Position numbers and translations under genes: made by a program. The notes under the pieces are model-generated. The model worked only from the letters and a program-made list of their open reading frames with translations. It did no database searches and was not told where the DNA came from. 64,000 nucleotides of DNA from Mytilus edulis (Eukaryota), in contig NC_092349.1 in NCBI RefSeq assembly GCF_963676685.1, positions 31,124,001 through 31,188,000 on the forward strand. The letters are read 5' to 3'. Position 1 is the first letter of the stretch, and every line of letters begins with the position of its first letter. Positions 25,361-36,500 of this stretch are shown in pieces.

Positions 25361-26029
25361 ATTTATAATTTTTGGATCGACTTTTAGGCATGTTTTAGAC
25401 TGGTTTCTTCTGGATTTTTCTCCCTCTCGGGAGTTATTTGGGCCGACACTAAAAAATGACTACGTTTTTCTTGATTCTGGCGCTGATTAGTTTTTACATA
25501 ATTTACATAATTTTGCCGGTTGTTTTGAACGTTATTCTTATTGATACGGGATCGGTTCACTGATTTATTCCTTGGACGGCGATTTTGTTGGTAGTTTCCT
25601 CTACCAGCTGACTGCGGATTCGCTGTCCGACGTTTTTGAGACGAAGCATTGCGAACTATATCGGCCAAACAGGGAACAGTGTAACAGAAAGAGTGCGCAT
25701 TCATAGACAACATATAAGGCAGCCACAATACAGAAAAATCCCCCTAAGCAAACATTTAGACGAATGTGGAGGGGGATTTTTTTAAAATATTCCCATTTTA
25801 TAAAATGAATATGGGTTGTGACATTACACGAGAAGTAAAGGAAAAACATTTTATTTCAAAATTTAAATCACGATTGAATGCAAACTATGCATTTTCTACT
25901 GTGGAATAATGACGCTCCATACTTCTATATATAGACTAAGTGTAATACGATTTATCTCCCTTTATATACTCAACGACAACTATGACGTTACATACCTACC
26001 GTTACATAGTTACGTTAATCATGTATAGT

Positions 26030-26071
26030 TTCACCTGAAGATTGTTATTTAAACATGAAAGTACTAGTGAA
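26030..26071 (+). ncRNA. Minimal type I hammerhead ribozyme, PLE family 2 3'UTR
   Basis: ttcac-CTGAAGA-t tgtt attta aaca t-GAAA-gtac-TA/gtgaa; perfect 5-bp stem I, palindromic AGTACT stem III. Confidence 0.78.
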
Positions 26072-26171
26072 TTAAAACTATTCATACCGGAAATGTTGGA
26101 TTTTTTAGTAATCTATATATATTTCTATACACAAGAACATTTATTATAGTGATCTTTATATATATATATAT

Positions 26172-27577
26172 AATGTCTAAAAATAGCAACAATCAACATT
26201 CAATCTAATGAAGCGTGGATCAGTTTGTGAAAATAAACTGATACAGTTACTGAATTAAAATTATATAAATGTCCAAGAATATAACTAAAACACACTAATT
26301 GATACATTAAAAAGTTTTATTAGATGTTAAATAGAAATACGCAATATTTCGCTAAACAAATTAGCTTCATCAGGCGTGTGCATCTCTCAAGGTGAAATCG
26401 GATGCATGACAAAAAAATATTTTTGTAGCTTAATCTATACAAGATTTGAGGGAAAGTGTAACATGTTAATTCGGTCATAAAATATGTTTGTAGCTACAAC
26501 TACATGAAGTTGGAATAAAAGTTTAACACATTTGTAGATGTTCGATTAATTGTATGAATTTTTATAAATTGATTTGTATGATTTCAAGATAACTATGGTT
26601 TTGATTTGCTTTGAAATCTTTTTTCGTCTCTCTCATTGAGTCCATCAGGTTCAAGAGTTCGTAACTGGTGCATCCAAAATCTCTCTCTTTTTTGTCTTCC
26701 TTGTGTATCCCAATTTTGATTTTTCTCAATGATTTGAAATGTGATGTTTTCAAAATCATGTCCTGCTCTTAAAAGGTGTCTTGTAATTGGGCAGTTCCTT
26801 TCTTTTGTATAATATGACCGATGGTTATTTAGCCGGATGTTAAATGGGGTTCCTGTTTCACCAACATATTGTAATTTGCAAGTTCCACACGTTAGAACAT
26901 AAATGCAATTTTGCGTTTTGCAATTTGATGTTATAAATATGTTGTAATTTTTCTTTGTGACTGTGCTGATGAACTGAGTTTCAATATTGGCGACTTTGCA
27001 GCACTTACAATTGACCCTTCCGCATTGTTTATAACCTCCGATTGTTGATATCTCCCGTTTAGATACTTTGGATGATACTAGAATATCTTTGAGGTTTTTT
27101 GGTCTGCGGTATGCCATAACGGGAGGTGATGGAAAAATCTCGTTTAAGGAAGGATCATTTTCAATAAGACGCCAGTGTTTGTGGACAATTGATGAAATAT
27201 TTGTCAGATGAGGATGAAAGCTAACAACAAACGGGATTTTATTTGTCTGGGCCGTCTTTTCTTTGTATTCAAGTAGGTTTGTTCGTTCTTTTTCGTTTGC
27301 TTTTCCGAAAGCTTCTGAAATACTTTTGTTCTTATAACCTCTTGATTTGAGTTGCTGTCTGAGTTGCCCTAAACAATGGTTTAACTTTGATTCCGATGAA
27401 CAAATCCGTTTTAACCTGGTGGCTTGGCTGTACGGAATGCTCCGGGAGCAGTGTTTCGGGTGACAACTCTTCGGAGAGAGAAATTGCTGTTTATCAGTTT
27501 TTTTTGGTGTGAAGGTCTGTTGTCATGACTCCGTTTTCTAAAGTTATGGTGGTGTCGAGAAACGCAATTTTCTCATT
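26172..27577 (-). mobile_element. Penelope family 1, 5'-truncated copy (RT thumb + GIY-YIG + 3'UTR)
   Basis: ORF 26593-27117 GIY-YIG; reverse complement of 27670-28980. Confidence 0.92.
26339..26377 (-). ncRNA. Minimal type I hammerhead ribozyme, PLE family 1
   Basis: Reverse complement acgc-CTGATGA-agctaatttgtttagc-GAAA-tatt/gcgt. Confidence 0.72.
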
Positions 27578-27578
27578 C

Positions 27579-28980
27579 CATTTGGAACGAAACTGCAGAA
27601 CGCCTGCAAGAATTTCTTGATTTCTGTAACAACTTTCATCAATCGATAAAGTTCACATCTGAAGTTTCAAATGAGAAAATTGCGTTTCTCGACACCACCA
27701 TAACTTTAGAAAACGGAGTCATGACAACAGACATTCACACCAAAAAAACTGATAAACACCAATTTCTCTCTCCGAAGAGTTGTCACCCGAAACACTGCTC
27801 CCGGAACATTCCGTACAGCCAAGCCATCAGGTTAAAACGGATTTGTTCATCGGAATCAAAGTTAAACCATCGTTTAGGGCAACTCAGACAGCAACTCAAA
27901 TCAAGAGGTTATAAGAACAAAAGTATTTCAGAAGCTTTCGGAAAAGCAAACGAAAAAGAACGAACAAACCTACTTGAATACAAAGAAAAGACGGCCCAGA
28001 CAAATAAAATCCCGTTTGTTGTTAGCTTTCATCCTCATCTGACAAATATTTCATCAATTGTCCACAAACACTGGCGTCTTATTGAAAATGATCCTTCCTT
28101 AAACGAGATTTTTCCATCACCTCCCGTTATGGCATACCGCAGACCGAAAAACCTCAAAGATATTCTAGTATCATCCAAAGTATCTAAACGGGAGATATCA
28201 ACAATCGGAGGTTATCAACAATGCGGAAGGGGCAATTGTAAGTGCTACAAAGTCGCCAATATAGAAACTCAGTTCATCAGCACAGTCACAAAGAAAAATT
28301 ACAACATATTTATAACATCAAATTGCAAAACGCAAAATTGCATTTATGTTCTAACGTGTGGAACTTGCAAATTACAATATGTTGGTGAAACAGAGACCCC
28401 ATTTAACATCCGGCTAAATAACCATCGGTCATTTTATACAAAAGAAAGGAACTGCCCAATTACAAGACACCTTTTAAGAGCAGGACATGATTGTGAATTA
28501 AAACATCACATTTCAAATCATTGAGAAAAATCAAAATTGGGATACACAAGGAAGACAAAAAGAGGGAGATTTTGGATGCACCAGTTACGAACTCTTGAAC
28601 CTGATGTACTCAATGAGAGAGACGAAAAAAGATTTCAAAGCAAATCAAAACCATAGTTATCTTGAAATCATACAAATTAATTTATAAAAAATCATACAAT
28701 TAATCGAACATCTACGAATGTGTTAAACTTTATTCCAACTTCATGTAGTTGTAGCTACAAACATATTTTATGACCGAATTAATATGTTACACTTTCCCTC
28801 AAATCTTGTATAGATTAAGCTACAAAAATATTTTTTTGTCATGCATTCGATTTCACCTTGAGAGATGCACACGCCTAATGAAGATAATTTGTTTAGCGAA
28901 ATATTGCGTATTTCTATTTAACATCTAATAAAACTTTTTAATGTATCAATTAGTGTGTTTTAGTTATATTCTTAGACATT
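27579..28980 (+). mobile_element. Penelope family 1, 5'-truncated copy (RT C-terminus + GIY-YIG, frameshifted), hammerhead with mutated core at 28871-28909
   Basis: IWNETAERLQEFLDFCNNFHQSIKFT..FLD; ORF 27721-28524; ends in (TA)n. Confidence 0.92.
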
Positions 28981-29001
28981 TATATATATATATATATATA
29001 T

Positions 29002-29577
29002 ATATACAACTCGTCTAAACATCAACCCAACAATGTTAGATCTGTAAATTTGCTTTCGCAAATTTTTGGTTCTTCCTTCGCCGGGATTCGAACCCATGCT
29101 ACTGTGATATCGTGACACCAAATCGCCTGCACTGCAGCCGTCCCGCTAGACCACATGACCACCTGGGCTCTCATTTAAAGAGCTTTCGGTGGCCATATGT
29201 TACTTTTCCACGTCAGTTTTAATCTAGCGGCGTACTACAGTACATGATATATAAGGCATGAAGATGTAATTGTTACAGATCAGCTAAATTATCTATAGTA
29301 AAGGATCCTACAAATGAATGTAAGATACAGTCACAGAAAATAATTATATTCATAAGTACGTCTGAGTCAGTGACAACCCTACAACAGATGTATCCATCGG
29401 ATCGCCATCAATGATGGTGATACATGGCTGTGTACATAATGTATATACAACTCGTCTAAACATCAACCCAACAATGTTAGATCTGTAAATTTGCTTTATA
29501 TATATTTGCGAAAGCAAATTTGCTTTCGCAAATTTTTGTTTCTTCCCTCGCTGGGATGCTACTGGGATATCGTGACA
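29002..29577 (-). mobile_element. tRNA-headed repeat, 1.3 tandem units of 441 bp
   Basis: caactcgtctaaacatcaacccaac recurs at 29007 and 29448; B box ggttcgaatcc on minus strand. Confidence 0.75.
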
Positions 29578-30508
29578 TATTTAGCATTAATTTTGAGAAA
29601 CCAAGACTTTTTAAAAAATATTGTATCAATCGATGTTTAGCTATCATGGTGAAAAGTGTTGAGCAGAAAAAACTAATATTCTAACATGACGTCCTTCAAA
29701 CGCTTTGAGTACACACACGTGGTAAAATATGAAAATATTGTTAGGGCTGTTCCAATTGTACTCCCACGTCATATGTATTTTAATGAATGAGCTACCCGAC
29801 GTCATAGAACAAAGACGTCATAAGATGAGCATTTTACGGGAAAATACACGCTTGTGACACCGAAAATCACCACAACAAGAAAACGTAAACAAACGATGGT
29901 AAAATGTAATGTAAGCCAAGTTTTTTGAAACATATAAGACATATAAGTAAATTATCATTTTAAAAATTCATCCAAAACTATCTAATAAATACATAATAGT
30001 AAATATTTTGAGCAGTTTGTTCCGTTCTTTATCGCCAATTGAATAGTGCGTTTAGTTATGGCAGCCGGCAAATATGAGCCTCCACCTAGAGCACTTCGAT
30101 CCAAAAGAATTGCCGTATTTGTCCTATTCGAATCGAAATAATTCATGGGGGCTTGAATATATTTAGATTTGTCCCTTAATGCCGATAGTTTACCCCTCGC
30201 TATCGCTCAGGGTTAAATATTTGTCATAAAGGGTCAACCCGTGGTAAAATCACGATATATATGCAAGCCTCCATGAATTACTTCTTAAGTAGTTTCAGAT
30301 CAGGTCTGATTCTAGCGCAGTTTTGAAAATAAACGTAATCTTATTGCAAAAACTAGTTTTGAAGTTTATTTCAGTAACGGAATATACTAGCTAGTTCACT
30401 TACTGTAACGTATATATACGTACATGTTATAATTACACCGATCTGTTATTAAAACAAACAAAACGAACATTTATAACTAATAGATAAGTTCTTATGATAT
30501 AGTATTAA

Positions 30509-33500
30509 GAGCCATTCTCTGTAATCATCAAAATATGATGGAAACCAGTGGTCACAGATTTTCATAAAACTTTTTTAAATGAATGCTTAGTGATGTAAAA
30601 ACATCTTTGTCATAATAAAACAAATATTGTAATGTTCATTGCCATGGTAACCATACAATTTATTTTCAGAAATTTACAGTAGAAACCTTTAAAATCCAAC
30701 TAAGTATTTCTTCAAAACGTACCGATGAAATCCCTTGACATTTACAGAATATAAAGTTCTCTCCTAATAGTTTTTATATACCAAAAATCAGATATGTGTT
30801 ATTTCAAATAAGAAAAATAATTCACCTTGGTCATATAGAAATTTGCTATCAGTAGTGCAAAATTCTACTAGAGTTATTTCCCTTAGTACAACTCTTTTGT
30901 TGTTTATGTTAAATATGAAAGTAGCTCCAGCAGCTGACACACGAAATGGTTTGCAATTTTAACACAAACTACACTACAAATGAGTGTTCTGATGATGTTA
31001 CTGATATCAACACATGTGATTGCAATGACAAAAATATAATTTTAACTGAATCTGGTCTTTTGCCAAAGAATTTTACTGATTTTTATATATGCTCAACCCA
31101 TTTCAACCAATTATTGAAAAGAAACTCTGATTTGAGAAGAAGAAAAGTATGTCAGCTTCCTACTTTGATTAGTGCACATCCTCCAGTAGCATCACACTCT
31201 GTTGTTGGTGTAAAAATGCCAAAGCCTAGTCGCAATATCACAATCACTGATGTAGAAAAGATTCAGAAGTGTTATGGCCTCACACTTCCTATTGGAACAC
31301 GTAAGTTAAAAACTAAATTAATATATTTATTATGACTGTTTATTTTTTTTCTTTCCAATTGCCTGGTATAGTTTACATTTGTTCAATACTTTTTTAAATA
31401 ACACTCTAGAAATACAAAAGAGACCCTATTTCAACACAGGAACAACATATTCATAATTTTTTGGGTACAATTCATACAAAAACAAGAAGATGTTGTATAA
31501 TACTAAAAGCCAACAAGTCAAATCTCCACCAGAGACCAAAGGCATTGAAGTAAATAGCTAATGGTCATTATTATGTCTTCAACAATAAGAAAAACCCATA
31601 AATCACAGAGTCAGCTACAAAAGGCCCCCAAAAGACAATTGTAAAACAATGCAACGAGGAAAACTAGCATCCCCTCCTTTATAAATCTGTCCCTTTTTGC
31701 AATGATTTTGAATTACAAAATTTGAATTAAAATTACCTTCTCATTTGATAAAAGTGCAAAATAAAAGCACATAGAAATTGTTCATATTGCTAAGAAATAC
31801 ATTTAATTTTAACTAAAGTATATATTTGCATTTGTTTTTCTGACGTTAATTTTTTTGTTGATGTTCGATGTTTGATGTTTAAATGTAAAGATTTTATTAA
31901 CAGGTTTATGTATTATATACTAGTACACGTGTCTGTGTCTGTGTCTTACGTACCAAAACAAAATATATATTTGTCGGTGGTAAAACCTGTTTTACTTAAT
32001 ACAAGGTTAGAATATAGTTTAGTGCAAAAATTAGATACTGTATACAGACCATAATGTTTAAAAAAAAAATGTTGTTTCTATAGTAATTAATCATGTTTGA
32101 AAACTAAAAATGTGTTAATGCATTTAGCACATTCAGGATTTCAAAAAATGTAAACAAAATACATCACTATTTTTCAGATTGAAATTTCAGCATCCGAATA
32201 TACAGTTACATCAGAAGAGTCAGGAAGTCAAAATTATTTATCCCAGTCACAAGTAAGTAACATCTCCAAAAAAAGTATTCTATCACATTACATTGATAAA
32301 AGTTTATATCATTAACACTTTAACATGATCAATGTGACAACTCAAAAACAGAAATTAAAGCCGCATTCAAAAGAAATGAATCCTATAGTTTAGGCACAAT
32401 TACCAGAAATTAAAAGGAAACAGAATTAAAAGAAGAACAATCAAAACATATAAGCATTACATTTAGGAGATAACTGTATTGGATTTTAAGCTCCGACGGC
32501 ATCAATTGGGGATTTGATGGTCGCAAATTAAGTTTATTGGCGAATCCCAAATTGATGCCGTCAGAGCTTAAAATACAATATTGTTATCTCCATTCTAATG
32601 AAACTGTCAGAAATCAACGTTAAAACATGTATTCAAAATTTGTCATATGCCATCCATTACATAAACCTCATTTAGATTAAATAATTCCTTGATTTTTGTC
32701 TTGCCTAGAAATAATAAAAAAAAACAAACTCATATGTATGCTATTTCCAGCATTGATGGCATAGTTTGTGATGAGATCCAGTTTAAATGTATTTGCAAAC
32801 CACTAGTATTAGGCCAATGAAATTGGAACAAGTGTAGTTCATATGTTATTTTATATACCTTCACATTACTTTATAATATTTTCAGCTTCATATTTCAAAG
32901 GGAAAAGAAGTAGCAGATCACTGTATGTTGTATGCCCTCAGTGACGAAAAGGATGAGGCATTTACAGAACAATGTTCTCACAATCACCAGATGGTCTGTG
33001 AAAGCTGTGAACAGTTGAAAGAGACCATTGCTGCATTACAAAAGATCTTTGTTACTTCCTCAGTAGATGGAAAAGAGGATGAGATGAATGACCTCAATTT
33101 CAGGGTAACTTATTATATTATTTATATGACTACTTTTAAATGTAAAAAAGTTTAATTACATTTACATATGATTGTTCAGGGAAATTAATTACCCTTATCT
33201 ATTATTGTTGGTTGCTGTTAATTCAGCTTGCTATGAGATGTTCTCAAGCTTATTACTTTCTTTGAATATTTCCTCCATATATATGTTTCCCAAATACAAT
33301 ACTATCTTTTCCGATTTGTTACTTGATGACCAATCTTCCTACTGGTATTTTACTGGCTATCATTCTGCATAAATTTCCATTACACAATATATGTACTGGA
33401 CTAGAAGGAAAGAGCAACTGTTTAATATTTAATTATTTTTGTATTAACTTATGAATTAAATAAAAAGAATTAACTAATTCAGGATATGTTTTATCAGAGA

Positions 33501-36500
33501 GTATTCTATTTTTAAGTGTGAATGAATCGTCACTAGGCTAATTGAGTTGCAACAGGAAAGTCTGTAATTTATATTTACACTGCTTTAATTATTCCCCTAA
33601 GAAAAGACCAATGAAAAAGCATACATTTTAGAAAACTGACATCAGAGATCAGAACAAAATATTACCTAACATTTTTGCCTAACAGGTCATACCTAAATTT
33701 AGAATAAAACTTAATAAAAATATGTTTTTTTGAATTGATCTTCATTTTTAGGTACAACAAGCAACAAAGAGTATGTTCAGCCTGAAAAAGCACATAATAA
33801 GATGCAAAAACCAAGACTTAGCAAAAACTCATCTTTTTGAAACCATGCCTTAGATGAAGTTTTACTAGTATGTGACTGGGCTATGCAGTTTTTACCCCGA
33901 CAGTTTCGTGAAGATCAATGTGACTGGTTCGGAAAGAGAGGAATACCATGGCACATATCTGTAGCCTTCTTTAGGAAAGATGATGGAATCATTGGTAGCC
34001 TTGGGTTTGTTCATTTGTTTGCAACCCAAATATCCCAGGTTAGATTTTTTTAAATGAATAAGCTATAATTTTGATGTACAAATAATTGTTTTTTTACAGT
34101 AAAGATAACATATTGAACAATATATGGTAGGGCAAGTAGGAACTTTGTTGCAAAATACATCTATACCAAAGAAAGAATAGAGGGTAAACGCACACGAGAC
34201 AATATCTCAACATATAACATAGTTTAAATTATAATAAATATGAATGGCACACAATAAAGCAAGTTGAAGATGGTGTAAAAGACCTAGCAGACAACTTGTA
34301 AAATATTTTTAAAATGTGAAAGAGGAACCATACCATGACAATGAGTAAGAATATCATATAAAGAAAATAAGGTAAAGACATTGGCTAATAAATTTAATTG
34401 TGCCATTGGTGAGATTAAATGTGGTCTGTACACTGATGTAGCTGTGAGATATGTATTATCCATTTTCATAATGCATTTTTATACACTAAGAATAAAAGAC
34501 AAACAAATGAACATCTTGGGGTTAACCTTTGGTATCATTAATCAAATAGTGTATATACATGTATGACTACCCTAAACAAAATTGTGTTTGAATACCTATC
34601 CATATACTTGATTTGATACCTTCTTCTGAAAACAATTTATTATTTGTGCTCTAATTTTTGTTGTAGTTGATCAATTATGCTTAGGAAATGGATATTTTAT
34701 AAAGCAGTTTAAAGGTTGTGATTTATTTTGTTTACATTCTTTTAACAGGACAGCCAAATAACAGCCAGTATTATCCAAGATGTAATGGATAAAATTAGAG
34801 AAATTAACACCAATGACATAAAGTTTCATGTATGGTCTGACAATGCTGGTTGTTACAAGTCAACATAAATGCTTTCATTCTAATTCCATTCAGGTCTTAC
34901 CCTGTCATATGACTTCTGTGAATCCCAGAATGGGAAGGGACCATGTGACCGCACTGCTGCAACCATCAAATCTTCTATTAGAAGATATGTAAACCAGGGT
35001 CATGATGTACTTACAGCACAATCAATGAAAAAGGTACAGAAAATTTTAAAAACCCAATCAGTTTCATGTCTTAAACATCCCTAGGTTACAGCTGTAAATG
35101 TACTTTGAAATTCAGAAATTATTGCGAGGTTTTTATTAATGGTCATTAATTGGAATTGTTAGACTGCTTGATTATAGTAATAATAAGAACTCTCATTCTG
35201 ATATTTTAAACATAAATCTGTGTGCAACTTTTGCAAATATGGCAGTAATTTATCTCACAATTTCATTAATTCTGCAAAAATTGCAATAACAAATGCACAC
35301 AATAATTTATTAGTCTAACAATGTCAGTGCCAAGCAAAACAATTAACAAGGTTTATTATAAATGATTCAGAATAGCATGAGTGCAGCTTTAAAAAGATTA
35401 AAATCAAGTGGAAACCAGTGAGCAACAACAATAACTAATTTGGATATAATATCTAAAGGAATTAACCCAGTTATAGGACAGCAAAAGTTACTTTTTAACT
35501 CTATATAAATATAAAAACAAGGATTAGTATAATTGTGCCTGATACTAATATCCACTGGAGACCATATGACATAGAATTTATCAATTATAGGTCACTGCAA
35601 GGCCTTAAACAATGACAAAAAACAGATACTTCATTGTAAGCTCTTTTTTGTTATGCTTTTATATCTATTATGATTTGAGGTTTTTATAATTCAAATAAAG
35701 GTTTGCAACCAAAAAAGCCAACAGTTCTAATCTACTCTAGTTATTTTTCTCCTTATAAGCATTTACAATAATTTCACTTTATTTACAGGCAATAGACAAG
35801 TCAGCAAAAAATGTAAAGTACATAGTTCGTGTCATAGAAGAAGCTGAGTGTAGGAAAACTAAGTACACTGCTATACCTGCAATATCAACCTATAGTAACT
35901 TCACATTTAGCGCACATGGCATTACCGCATGGAAGGCACAGGTAAAAAGATAAATATTATTTTTATAATTCCCCGCAACATGAATATGAAAATAAAAGAT
36001 GTGGTATGATAGCCAATGAGACAACTATCCATAAAGAGACCAAATGACACATAAATTAACAGTTATAGATCACTATATGGCCTTCAATGATGAGCAATGG
36101 CCATCAGAGTCTTTGCAATACTCTTAGAATGCTTGTTAATTTACTATTTTCTTATCCTTTCTTTTTATAATTTCCTAATCATGATTAAGATCTCCAAACA
36201 CTGATTTTCTATTGATATCTGTAAGCAGTCAATAGACCATAACTTGATATATGTGATTCAAGTATTATTTTTTGCTATTATGTTGAAAAATTTGTCACAA
36301 TTTTTTTAGTTTGCTCCAAGTTAGAATATAGTGTTCAAATATTATTTATGACTTCCTGCAAACCGTTTCCTTCATGTGGGTTCGCAGGTTTAAGATTCAA
36401 ATAAGTTTTTTTTGCACTATTTAATTTACTCCCTAACATGGGACAGTGGAGTAACAGTACAACATCGGAACAAACTATAAAAACACAGTTCTTACTTGTC

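Larger units (their letters stand above)
23072..26155 (-). mobile_element. Neptune-type Penelope family 2: long minus copy (23072-25656) joined head-to-head to an inverted 3' end (25657-26155)
   Basis: 702-aa RT+GIY-YIG ORF; 25657-25966 is the reverse complement of 23072-23380 and continues through a hammerhead into (TA)n. Confidence 0.92.

Noticed and set aside
25601-25849. Independent ORFs at the inversion junction
   Set aside because: Antisense read-through of the inverted GIY-YIG segment; only the part below about 25656 belongs to the upstream PLE ORF
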